A DNA stretch of 64,000 nucleotides from Octopus sinensis. Taxonomy: Eukaryota. Numbering within the stretch: the stretch's first letter is position 1; the number at the start of each line of letters is the position of its first letter. The position numbers were made by a program, and so were the translations under genes. A model generated the notes under the pieces. That model saw only the letters and a list, made by a program, of their open reading frames with translations. It was not told the DNA's origin and searched no databases. Positions 40,020-53,293 of the stretch are shown here, one piece after another. The stretch is from assembly GCF_006345805.1 (NCBI RefSeq), contig NC_043002.1:97898001-97962000 (forward strand), given 5' to 3'.

Positions 40020-40146
40020 TACTGGAGCAACGTGAAATGAAATATTTTGGTCAAGGACACAGCGCAACACCAATTCCAAGAACCAAACGCACGATGTAAC
40101 GATCGTAAGCGCAAAAGTTTTAACCACTAGGTTATGCGCCTTCACG
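40020..40146 (-). mobile_element. Family A SINE, 5' fragment
   Basis: ctggagcaacgtgaaatgaaatattttggtcaaggacacagcgca...taaccactaggttatgcgccttcac. Confidence 0.6.
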
Positions 40147-40506
40147 AGACAAGGAACTGTAAACACAAAATGTTTGTAAACTGGAATAAATTATTTTACC
40201 GTGGGGATCTTCAAAACAAAATAATTTATTCCAGTTCGCGAATTTTTAATATTGATCATACGTGTCATTACATCGTTAGCTAATACTTCAGTATTAATCC
40301 AATTGGTTGGTTGTGTTGGTTTCTCTGTTTTGCTCTTTTTCTTCTCCCTTTTTTTCTTTTGTTTTGTGATGTATTTTTATTTTGGGGTTCAGAGCTGACA
40401 GGTTTGTATTGGTGCAGTGCTGGGATATTTCGAAACATAACCACGGATAAAAACCCCTAAAAAGCAAAAAAAAGCAAACAAGTACAAACAACAACAGCAA
40501 CAACAT

Positions 40507-40555
<49 letters not shown>

Positions 40556-41340
40556 CAACTGATTTATTGTCAAAATTTGCAGTACATATCAGAAATGATA
40601 CTCTCGTAATAACGATAAAATTCATACTGTTAAAGATTCCAAGATAACGAAACAAAAAAAAATCAAAATTACAACAACAACAATAATAAATATAATAACA
40701 CTAATAAAAAAAATCTTTAAAATAAAAATAAAGCAACAACAAAATGACGTAAATATAAATAAAGAATAAATACATTAAAAGATTTTGAAAAAAAAAGATG
40801 AAACAAACTCCAACCGAAACGAAAATAAAATACAAGCAAATATAAATGATGTTTAAATGTGTATTATGTTTCTCTGTTTACAGAAATCAATCTCCGAATA
40901 TTGCATTCCGTGCCAAATCCTTGTGTAATGGTAAGTTACCGAGAAATTCTCCAGACAACGAAGGGGAAGGCTACTTAAATGTAATTGAAGCTAATAAATG
41001 TTTAATTATAAAACAAGAATAGATTTCTTATAATTCTTCTTCAATTTCAGAAATTTGAGTCAGTTTCTGTTTTAATGGTCTGTTTGTATCGATGATTTAA
41101 ATAATTAAAAAATCGGACTAATCGTATACGCTTATACACGCACGCACTCGAGTGCACGCATACACACATATACACATGCACTCAGATATACGCACACGTA
41201 CACGCGTGCGCACACGCACACACACACTGACGGACGATACAAAATTAATGTGAACTCAATTGCACGCATGTGTATATGTACATGCGTGTATGTGTATGTA
41301 GATATAGATTCGTATTTCTGCAAATATATACACATAAATT

Positions 41341-41403
<63 letters not shown>

Positions 41404-41509
41404 TGTGTGTGTGAGTGTGTGTCTGTGTGTTTAAATAGTATATAGTATGTGCCGCATTATTTTATCCCTGAATATGTTCAGATAATGGGATTAAGTAAGC
41501 GATGACTAC

Positions 41510-41540
<31 letters not shown>

Positions 41541-41579
41541 TGTATGTATGTATGTATGTATGTATGTATGTATGTATGT

Positions 41580-41897
41580 TTCGAGTGCTACTGGTAACAT
41601 GTAACCCAGTACAACCTGTTGCATGGTCGGGTCGTCGGCGACAAAACCGGCAACCCCACCAAGCTTGCTTTGTGAGGAGGGTGTTTATTGAACACCATGC
41701 GGGATGAAAAACAAAACCCGTCAAAGGGCGGAGGAACTCTTGAGAGTCAACGGCCATCCAATAAATGTCTTAAGGCTGTATCATGCGCGGGGACATAGAA
41801 ATAATCGGACTGAATACCTGATCGCGCGGTTAAACCATTGGGAGTGAAGGACTCCTAACCTTTGTTAGGGCATCCTTCTAGGAGAAGGTAACTCAGG
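41580..41897 (+). mobile_element. Probable 5' UTR fragment of an RTE-type LINE
   Basis: GC-richer island between microsatellites, ending gggcatccttctaggagaaggtaactc. This resembles, from memory, the ctaggagaagg(a/t)aactc motif near RTE 5' ends. No ORF. Confidence 0.4.
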
Positions 41898-42151
41898 TAG
41901 AGAAAGACAGAGTGGGAGAGAAAGACAGAGACAGACCGAGTGAAATCGAGAGATATAGATAAACATGTATGCATATACGTATAAATGAAGCAAAAAATAA
42001 TTGAAGAGAAATAATAACTCAGTGGCCAGTGGCAAGTATCTGGACACCAAACACGAACAGGCTTATATATAGGAGTTAAATTCTTACATGCGTTATAAGC
42101 TAAATTCTTGATTTATTAAATTCGCTTTCAGAAAAGGAAGAATAGTTGCTT

Positions 42152-42236
<85 letters not shown>

Positions 42237-42522
42237 TAACACACATACGCACAATGTCTGAAAATGTTATTTCCTAGAATTGGATAACTTTTGTAATATG
42301 AAAGATTACGTAGCATTCGTTCACCGAAACGTACGTAACGTTGACTTCACTTCTCTTTTCCTCAATTCAAATTATTGTGAGTCTTGTAAGAAGTTAAATT
42401 CCATATATATGCCTTGGATTGGCAGTGTCCTTCCTTAATAATTGGCCAAAGTGTAACTAATAAATTCTTTGACTAATTCGAACCCTTTGCTACTTGTCTG
42501 GAACATAATTATCCCCTCAATG

Positions 42523-42648
42523 TTCTTCTTCTTCTTCTTCTTCTTCTTCTTCTTCTTCTTCTTCTTCTTCTTCTTCTTCTTCTTCTTCTTCTTCTTCTTC
42601 TTCTTCTTCTTCTTCTTCTTCTTCTTCTTCTTCTTCTTCTTCTTCTTC
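42523..42648. repeat. Perfect (TTC)n microsatellite
   Basis: Direct reading of the sequence. Confidence 0.97.
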
Positions 42649-42862
42649 ATAATGATAATAATGATAATAGTAATAATCATATCTACTGTAGGCACAATGA
42701 TGTTTAAATGTGTATTACGTTTCTCTGTTTGGGGGAGAGAGTAAGTCGATCACATCGATACCAGTACTTGACTGGTACTTAATATATCGAGCCCGAAAGG
42801 ATGAAAGGCAAAGTAGACCCCTAACCACTGGACCATTGCGCCTCTACACACACACACACGCG

Positions 42863-42917
<55 letters not shown>

Positions 42918-43396
42918 ATAGAAGTATGTCTATATATATATGTATATAGAAGTATGTCCATATATTAACACACACGCACACATACACTCGGACACACTTC
43001 TCAATGCAATCAGTGACACAACGGAGATTGAGACAACCAGGAACCAACTGCACTTCAGGTTTGCTTTGCACGAGTTTCCCTAGAAGAAAGATCTAGCAAG
43101 AACTAGAGGTCCTTCAGTCCCAGTGGTTCACATGATAGTTAACTGTGGCTGGAACCCTAGACAAGTGCTTTCAATCCGAGTGGGAACAATAGGGACTAAA
43201 AAATGGTTTCACAATCCTCAAATCTCATGAACTCTTGTACCAAGGCACCACTATTGAATACCTGGGTACAGCTTCAAGTCATATATGGGTGTGAATGCGT
43301 GTGCCTCTGTGTGTGTGTGTGTGCATATGTATTATATATATGAATATCTATCTATCTGTCTGTCTATGCCTGTCTGCCTATCCATCCATCCATCTT

Positions 43397-43489
<93 letters not shown>

Positions 43490-43713
43490 TGTGCATAGTA
43501 TATACTATATTGATTCCACCCCGAATGTGTGCAGATAATGTTCTTTAGATATAAGAACTCAGACAATATTGACCGACCCTAAGTGTATGCAGCTTATATA
43601 TATATATATATATATATCCACAACACCATCTCTTCGGTTATCTGGCCCATCGAAAAATGGTATGAAAAATTTTCATAGCTTTTTCAGATGGCCAGATATA
43701 TAACTATAATATA

Positions 43714-43770
<57 letters not shown>

Positions 43771-43854
43771 TGTATCTCTATCTCTCAATGTAAGGTTATG
43801 TACTGACGTCAAGATACATATCCATATGTGTGTGTGTCTATTATATATATAATA

Positions 43855-43894
<40 letters not shown>

Positions 43895-44349
43895 TACATA
43901 CACACACATCCAAGAAATATATATACTTACTGATACACACACACACACATACTTACATGATAGATACATACATATATACCAAGATACACAGGTGTATGTT
44001 TGCAGGAGAGCAATTGCAAACACTTGGGAAAGAAAAGAAATAGAGAGAAGTGCATGAATGTGTATTGTGATGGGTTGTATACTTAACCTTTTATCTGTGT
44101 AGAGTGAAAGGAACAAGCACCAGTGATTGAGGTTATCGACTGAGAGGCTTTGATAACTTGCAGTTAGTTCCTTCTGGTGATTTTTGTAGCCAGTTTGGTG
44201 CCAGATGTATTACCATGCGCTTCTTTGACTCACGTTAATGGGGCAGAGAAAATTATTATGGTTATTCTGGTTCTTGTGTTTAAACAACTACGCAAAAGAA
44301 ATCTCTTCCTTGCAATACATCTATCAATATGTATGTATATCATGCATGC

Positions 44350-44387
<38 letters not shown>

Positions 44388-44756
44388 TAGTGTGTGTGTG
44401 TTGGGGGGGTGTATGTAATGTAGTATTTATGTAATACACATACATGCGGAGGATTGAACCGTGTGTAAATATATAATCACAGGCCCGGTTCTCGCACGCA
44501 CACATACTTGCATGCTCACATACACACTTGTAAACACTCAAACACGTGCATGCTCTCAAATATATAGGCACGTACAAATTTATGTTTGTATATATGCGTG
44601 TATGTATATTTTACGTGTGTGTAGATAGATATAGATTTAGATATACATATATAATTCATCTATCTATCTATCTATCTATATAATATATATATATATATAT
44701 ATCTGTGTCTATCTATATATATGTATAATATATCTATATCTATATCTATATCTATC

Positions 44757-44820
<64 letters not shown>

Positions 44821-44920
44821 NNNNNNNNNNNNNNNNNNNNNNNNNNNNNNNNNNNNNNNNNNNNNNNNNNNNNNNNNNNNNNNNNNNNNNNNNNNNNNNN
44901 NNNNNNNNNNNNNNNNNNNN
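44821..44920. other. Assembly gap (100 N) inside (TCTA)n/(TA)n
   Basis: Run of 100 n characters. Confidence 1.
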
Positions 44921-45018
<98 letters not shown>

Positions 45019-45033
45019 GTATATACACATATG

Positions 45034-45086
<53 letters not shown>

Positions 45087-45319
45087 TATTATAATATATA
45101 TCTATATATATATATCTTATATGATATATATATATAAGTGCTCAAAATGGTATTGGGGAAAAGTGTAAGAAATATCCTGGTGCCTTAATATATATCCACC
45201 AATGTGGTGTTCAGCACTCATTTTCGTCGTTCGTCATTTACGTATACATACATACACATATATATGTATACATACACGCACATACGTATGTATGTATATG
45301 CACATATAGACCTATAATG

Positions 45320-45479
45320 GCTCAGGTGTGGCTATGTGGTAAGATGTTTGCTACCTAACCACATGATTCCGGGTTCAGTCTCACTAAGCGGCACTCTGAG
45401 CAAGTGTTTTCTACTGTAGACGCAGGATGCCAAAGCTTTGAGAGCGGATTTGGTAGATGGAAACTGAGTGAAGACTGTC

Positions 45480-45480
<1 letters not shown>
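45320..45480 (+). mobile_element. Family C SINE, 5' part
   Basis: ggtgtggctatgtggtaagatg...ccgggttcagtctcac...ctgagcaagtgtttt...gtagatggaaactgag. Confidence 0.65.
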
Positions 45481-45520
<40 letters not shown>

Positions 45521-45533
45521 GCACACACACACA

Positions 45534-45805
45534 CAGGGTGTCCCAAAAGTCATTGACGGGATTCAAGTTTTAATAACTACCTTAATTTTATAAATAAATG
45601 CATGAAATTTTGACACACTATAAAGGACATAATGGAGATTAATATGCAGAATTCAAATTTTGCAATGCCACTACATCATATATGAAATAGGACATCGCTT
45701 AAATGATAGCCATTTTCGGCTTCGCACGCCCGTGCTTTTTCCAAACTTGCACCATAACACCCTCAAGGATTTCGGACCTCTAATTTCTCAATTGATGTTC
45801 CCCCT
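45534..45805 (-). mobile_element. 3' end of a Tc1/mariner-superfamily transposon
   Basis: Terminal cagggtgtcccaaaagtc. The minus strand encodes a transposase-like C-terminus, LEKARACEAENGYHLSDVLFHI*. Confidence 0.6.
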
Positions 45806-46100
45806 CAGTTGCACCAGTTTCTGGTGCAATGGAGTAACCGCTGCTCGATACATCGGCCAAGTGTTGAGGCCTCACACTGTGTCATTCTTTGCTCGTCATT
45901 GGAATCACGTCTTCCAAAATGACAACGCCCGTGCCCATACTGTTAGGCTGATAACAGACTTCCTCCAACACTGTCACAAAATCCAGACACTGTCATGGCC
46001 TACCCCAAGTCCGGACCTGAACCCCATAGAGCACCTGTGGGACGAAATCCAAAGAAGTCTAAATGACATCTGTCCTAGACCGACAACTGAGGCAATGTGA
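45806..46100 (+). pseudogene. Tc1 (DD34E) transposase fragment
   Basis: YIGQVLRPH...VFQNDNARAHT...WPTPSPDLNPIEHLWDEI, the DN...SPDLNPIE signature. Confidence 0.85.
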
Positions 46101-46701
46101 CACAATGTGACATCAAACATGTTTCAGAAAATGACGTTTTATCATTAAGAAAGAACAGTTTCTTAATTAGCACTCTTTCATGAATACTATGGTAGACTGT
46201 TAATAACCCGGTTTCTATTTAGTATGTGTGCGACGTTTCTTTTGTGGTTGTCTGTGTGTGTATGCGCGCGCGCGTGTGTGTATTTCAAATTAATTATACA
46301 TACATAGAAGATTTAGTAGTACGAACAGACGTACAATGTAGACTGGGGGTGGGAGGGAGACAAGGACAAGGGAATAGAAGCATCAAGCATGGGATTGAAC
46401 GCTGAATTGACTTTCACACAAGGGACCACCCACACGACAAAGGAACAAAAAGGATTTTTTTCTTCCTTTCCGTTATAGGATTCGTCAACTTCCCTAGATC
46501 GAAGAGCGAAAATCACTGAATTGATAACCACCTGCATGCAAAACGTATTTGTATACAAATGTTAAATATGGTATGTATGAATAAAAGTTATAGTTTATCA
46601 TTCAATATGTACGCCCACACGTAAAAACCTTATAAAAACATGCATATATATATGAATATGTATATACATACTTATATATATATATATAATATATATATAA
46701 T

Positions 46702-46776
<75 letters not shown>

Positions 46777-46851
46777 AGATATATATGTATGTATATATGT
46801 ATATATATAGAGAGAGAGCGAAAGCGAGAGATATGTACATACACACATATG

Positions 46852-46895
<44 letters not shown>

Positions 46896-46899
<4 letters not shown>

Positions 46900-47087
46900 A
46901 TCCATGCATGAAAACACAATGAGAGAAAACAGCAACGCGTGGACGTGGACGCTCAGGAAAGGAAAGAAAGAAGGAGGATTTAACGTTTCGAGCGGACCTC
47001 TTTTTCAGAAACATAGGAAAAGGAAAGATCCAAGGAAGGGAAGACTGAAGAGAAAAAAATCGCCAACGATAACACACGCGGTCACAT
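46896..47087 (-). mobile_element. ~200-bp hammerhead-bearing repeat, copy 1 (core mutated)
   Basis: Homologous to 49042-49248 and 50641-50842. Minus strand reads gttt-CTGAAAA-agaggtccgctc-GAAA-cg-tt-aaat. Confidence 0.7.
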
Positions 47088-47131
47088 TATTATATATATA
47101 TATATATATTATATATATATATTATATATAG

Positions 47132-47185
<54 letters not shown>

Positions 47186-47460
47186 ATAATTAAGGGTAAA
47201 ATCAATTAGTTATTAATTAATTTCACCAAGTAGTGTTCAGAATGTAAAGGACCATTCAAGGCGTATTCAAAATATTACTTGATATAATTAAGGCTCAGTA
47301 AAATAATTTACTTTGCCACATACTGAAATTTTTAGAAGTACCAAGCCAAAAATTTTCTTTAGCCGTTTCTACTACTTTAAGAAGAATCTCCCTGAAAGTG
47401 CTTACTCAAAAACAATTCACGTAGATCTGGAGGGAAAACAACAAAATCACATGTACTAAG

Positions 47461-47533
<73 letters not shown>

Positions 47534-47884
47534 ATACATCATATAATTAAGGGCTAAAGAGGGTTATTCTAAAGCCAAATACACTGTTTTATCCACTTAT
47601 AATCCGCTTGTTACACAGGAAATTGAAACTGAAAACGGGCAACTAACCTTTAGAAAATTTAAATTTCGTTATCTCTATATTGAATTAATTTCGGACTTAA
47701 TCTTATAAAAAAAGATATATTCCTTCTTCAGTAGAACTTTCGATGGGATATAAATAAAGTACTCACGTATGATCATGGAAAAAGCACAAGCTAAAAACAT
47801 AACTACACTTGAGTACATCACTTATATCTAAAAATAAAAATATACATATATTTTGATATACTGTTATAATTGTTATATATTTAC

Positions 47885-48087
47885 TTTTTTACTCTTTTAC
47901 TTGTTTCAGTCATTTGACTGCGGCCATGCTGAAGCACCGCCTTTAGTCGAGCAAATCGACCCCAGGACTTATTCTTTGTAAGCCTAGTAATTATTCTAGT
48001 ACTTACATACGGGCACGTAAACACACCACCGTCGGTTGTCAAGCAATGCTAGGGGTCAAACACAGACACACAAACATATACACATTC

Positions 48088-48120
<33 letters not shown>

Positions 48121-48165
48121 ATACATATATACGACAAGCTTCTTTCAGTTTCCGTCTACCAAATA
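47885..48165 (-). mobile_element. Family C SINE, 3' part
   Basis: ctcttttacttgtttcagtcatttgactgcggccatgctg...gtttccgtctaccaaa. Confidence 0.8.
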
Positions 48166-48420
48166 ACACGTGTCTCATTGTTATATATTATAACTTTTCA
48201 AATTCTCCGCGCAAGCGCAGATTCATTCGGTACCACAATAGAAATTCCGATTAAACTTCAGAAATTGCTAAAATCATTTCTGAAAATTAATATAGAGTAG
48301 GAAAAATTATAGAAATTTTTCTACCAGTGACCTAGTATGTATACAAAGTCAACAGACATAATAGCCATATAAAAATTAGTGTACATTAAACTGTTTTTAC
48401 TTCAAATTTTTACAAATTTT

Positions 48421-48463
48421 ACTATTTGATAAGATGAGATTCATCATCGAAACCGGTAATATT
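48421..48463 (+). ncRNA. Minimal type I hammerhead, U3-A8 variant
   Basis: Stem I tat/ata, core TTGATAA (48426-48432), stem II gatga/tcatc with 6-nt loop, GAAA, palindrome ACCGGT, GUA cleavage after 48458. Confidence 0.6.
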
Positions 48464-48559
48464 TTCTTTATATAATTTTTAAAATCATTTTTATTAAACT
48501 CTTTCTAAAATTAAAATGTCTTAGACTTACTTCTGTGATATTTCCATCTCCATATATAT

Positions 48560-48634
48560 ACTCTACCGATGATTCGAAAATGATTTGTTAGTAAAATTAC
48601 ACAATCTATTAACGATGAAACAATTGTATAGAGT
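48560..48634 (+). ncRNA. Type I hammerhead with long stem II, CCGAUGA core
   Basis: Stem I actcta/tagagt (6 bp), core CCGATGA (48566-48572), ~44-nt foldable stem II, GAAA (48617-48620), palindrome ACAATTGT, GUA cleavage after 48628. Confidence 0.65.
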
Positions 48635-48813
48635 TAATCCATTTTTTCGTTATTCTTTATTTGTCCTGCCCGCTTACAATCTTGGCGTGTTGAATTAATG
48701 CTTGAGAACAATTCTTTAGTGGTGGATTCCCTTTGCGGATCTATTTCTAGCGTTAGAGTGACCACATGTGGTCCCTCTCTTATTACTTATATATATATAT
48801 GTATATTCATATA

Positions 48814-49008
48814 CGGGGAGTGCTGAAAAGTTCTTAGCCTTAAGAGTATCGGGAAAACCTGGCTGGAGGCCCAACCTTCCATAGGGCTTATAGGGCTTAG
48901 TAAATCTGGAGGACCGCTACAGTAAGTGTGCGAATCTGAGAGGGGACATATGTTGAATAAAATCATAATTAACTGATCCTCCTGTATTTTCATTTACCCA
49001 AAGCCAAG

Positions 49009-49012
<4 letters not shown>
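48814..49012. mobile_element. Mariner-derived MITE, second copy (opposite orientation, truncated)
   Basis: Reverse-complement homologue of 20962-21174; TIR cggggagtgctgaaaagttctt. Confidence 0.7.
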
Positions 49013-49041
<29 letters not shown>

Positions 49042-49045
<4 letters not shown>

Positions 49046-49246
49046 ATCCAAACTAGAAAGCACAAAAAAAGCACAACAACGTGAAGACGTGGAACAAATA
49101 TAGTATTATTGGACGCTCACGAAAGAAGGAAAGAAGGAGGGTTTAACGTTTCGAGCGGAGCTCTTCGTCGGAAATATAGGAGAAGGAAAGATCCAGAGAA
49201 GGGAAGACAGAGGAAAAAAAATCACCAACGGTACACACGCGGTCAC

Positions 49247-49248
<2 letters not shown>
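49042..49248 (-). mobile_element. ~200-bp hammerhead-bearing repeat, copy 2
   Basis: Minus strand 49175-49141 reads attt-CCGACGA-a-gagc-tcc-gctc-GAAA-cg-tt-aaac; flanked by (TA)n. Confidence 0.75.
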
Positions 49249-49284
<36 letters not shown>

Positions 49285-49616
49285 CACACACATTCAGGAA
49301 GAAATACAAGTGCGCGTATATATACATATATTGCCCTTGTTTTTTTAGCTCTTTAGTTAATTTTTTTTAGCAATCAAGGCCAACTCCTTTCTGGAGTACC
49401 GCTTTCTACACACATTTAATTACAATTGTCTTGAATTGAAATATATCTAAATAAATAATGTACACATATATATACATGGAAAGAAAACAAAAAAAAAAAA
49501 GAAGGAAGATATAGAAAAACAAAGCAAAAAGGAGGAAAAAGTAACTTGAAGAGCAAAATAAAAATATGTACATATAATAACAACGACAACAACAATAACA
49601 ACAACACCAACAACAA

Positions 49617-49753
<137 letters not shown>

Positions 49754-50261
49754 CCAGAATTCGGTCGAAATCATAAGAAATAATGAGGTCACTAAACTAG
49801 TGAAAATGTGTGGTTCTTAATAATTACTGTATCTCTTTTTGTTACTCTTCTCTCAGTTCTTTCTCCCTATCTGACTTTCACACTATCATTCTTGGTTTCT
49901 CATCTTTCTGTCTTTCCCTTCATTCTTTCTTCCTGCTTCTCCTTTTTGCTCACACACGTTATTCTTGCTCGCCTTATTTACCAGCCCGCTTCAGTTATCA
50001 CAGCTGATCTAATTCAGTGAATCAAAATGTGTGGTGAGGACGTAGGGCAGACGGATCTCTCGTATGGAAAGGGTTCGGGATGGGGAGCAGTCATGAAACG
50101 GGAGAGGTGGGCTATAAAAATGTCCAGATTAACAGTGAGAGAAATAAGTGTGATGGGAGAAAGGTCAGTAAAATAAGTGTGAATAATTCTTAAAACAGAT
50201 GGGCGAATCAACATCGCAATCATAGAAATAACACTCACGCACGATCACTAATACAGTAATT

Positions 50262-50320
<59 letters not shown>

Positions 50321-50541
50321 TGTGGTGTTTGTGTGTATATATATATATATATATATATGCATATATAGTTATACACATATTTAGGTACACACGCACACAT
50401 ATGTACATACAATTAGAAAAGCGTGCAAGCACCAGGATTTGTTGTTTACATATACTTGCAGACACACATAGACGCACACGCATGCGCGCAGATACTCACA
50501 TACATACACGCGCACACGCATAGACGCATAGAAAGACAGAA

Positions 50542-50597
<56 letters not shown>

Positions 50598-50640
50598 GTG
50601 TGTGTGTGTCTGTATGTGTGTGTGTGTATATATATATATA

Positions 50641-50842
50641 GTTAATCGAAACAAGAAAGCACAAAAAAACACAACGCGAGGAGGTGGCACAAATATAGTA
50701 TTATTGGACGCTCAGGAAAGAAGGAAAGAAGGAGGGTTTAACGTTTCGAGCGGAGCTCTTCGTCGGAAACATAGGAGAAGGAAAGATCCAGAGAAGGGAA
50801 GACAGAGGAAAAAAATCGCTAACGGTACACACGCGGTCACAT
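50641..50842 (-). mobile_element. ~200-bp hammerhead-bearing repeat, copy 3
   Basis: Minus strand 50770-50736 reads gttt-CCGACGA-a-gagc-tcc-gctc-GAAA-cg-tt-aaac. Confidence 0.78.
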
Positions 50843-51266
50843 TTTGAATGGAATATATATATATATATATATAAATGTATATATATATATACGTACATTC
50901 AAAGAGTTATACGAATGTATGTTAATAGATAAAGGTAGATAGATGTATTTGTACGTATTCGTATATATATATATGTATGTATACATATGTGTGTATGAGT
51001 GTTTGTGTGTCTATACATGTATGTATGTATGTATGTATGTATGTATGTATGTTGTATGTATGTAGGTATGTAGGTATGTATTTATGTATGTTTGTATAGA
51101 TATATGTATGTATGTATGTATGCATTCGTTATTTGAGATAGTACATTTTGTTTTGAAGAAATAACAAAAATACTATTAATCTGTCATGGATCACAAATGC
51201 TTCAAGTTATAACAGCAACTATTTTTATTTACACATGTATGAGTTTGAGAGTGCGTGAGCGCGCGT

Positions 51267-51313
<47 letters not shown>

Positions 51314-51701
51314 TGTGTGTGTGCATGTGTGTGCAAAAAAATACTCCATGCTAATGATAGAGTATGACTAAGGTGTGAACAATTTAATTAGGTCAGCTGA
51401 AATCAAGTTGGGTGCAACTAGGGGGTTCCCCAAACGCTTCTATGTCTACTTTCTTAGCCAAGCATCTTGAAATGTCCGCCTGACAAAACGAGTGATGCAG
51501 TATTTATGAAAAATTAGTCTTCAGCTGATTCGGTTTCAGATGAGTGACTCAAACTACTCACAAGAATATATGCACACGTGCACCTACTCACATGCATACG
51601 TAGCTTGTATAAATATATACGTCCATATATATGAAATCTGTGTGTGTGTGAGCGAGTGAGTGAGTGAGTTTGCATATATATGTGTGTGTGTGTATGTCTT
51701 G

Positions 51702-52430
<729 letters not shown>

Positions 52431-52727
52431 AACAATAAGCGTCATAAAGTTTATATAATTATTTTATTTCCACGTTATTGAAAAAGTTGTCGACGTAAAC
52501 ATATTGTTCTCTTTACGAATTTCGAAGAGGCATTACCATATCATGTGCATAATTTTAAGAATAAATTAGAATAAGAATAAAAAATCATTACCATATCATA
52601 TGCACAATTTTAAAGATGAGAATAATGCACAGATTTTGAGGAATGACAAGATTTGAGGAATGACAAGATTTGAGCTTAGAACGCAAAAAGAAGTAACTAA
52701 ACACAGCAGACCTTTTTGTTCATTGTA

Positions 52728-53293
52728 TTGGGTTGTCCGGTAAGTTCACGCCGATTTGTAAAGGAAAGAAAAAGTTCAATAAATACTTGCCATTACATTT
52801 TTAATCAACCAAATGTGAACCATTTTGTTGCACAATGCGTCTCCATCTTTTCTTTAACTTGAAAATACCTTCTTCCCAGAATTGAGGTGGTTTCATGGCA
52901 AAGAATTCATCAAGGTATCTTTTTACGTCATCCAAGGAATTGAAATTTTTACGATTAAGACTATTCGGCAGAGACCGACATGAGTGGATATCCGAAGGAG
53001 CAATATCTGGTGAATATGGAGGGTGGGGTAACACATCCCAGTCTAGCTGCAGCAATTTTTGTCTGGTTCCCAAAGCATAAAGTGCCGAAAATGAACTTTC
53101 TTATCTTCCATTTTAAAGGGTTACAGAATTAAAACTGATTATAGGAACATAAACCTTCTTCCACGAAACGATCGCTTAAACTGTGCTCTAAATGGAGATG
53201 TAGTCAAATCCCATTTTATGGACTCAACCATGTTCTAAAATAAGTCGAAAGGTTAGCTGCTATAAATCGGCAAGAACTTTCCGGACAACCCAA
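52728..53293 (-). mobile_element. Internally deleted mariner (566 bp)
   Basis: TIRs ttgggttgtccgg(t/a)aagttc...gccgattt, TA on both sides. N-terminus MEDKKVHFRHFMLW is joined directly to the C-terminus WDVLPHPPYSPDIAPSD...RWRRIVQQNGSHLVD*. Confidence 0.92.

Noticed and set aside
42300-42345. gaaac-gtac-gta (hammerhead 3' half)
   Set aside because: No CUGANGA-like 5' half or stem II upstream.
36979-47450. Possible hammerheads in the related repeats at 36979 and 47185
   Set aside because: Both the core and GAAA are mutated in both copies; recorded only as a repeat.
47680-47740. Minus-strand ctgaagaagga...tccgaaattaatt
   Set aside because: Stem I does not pair; too degenerate to call a ribozyme, although it may be a PLE remnant.
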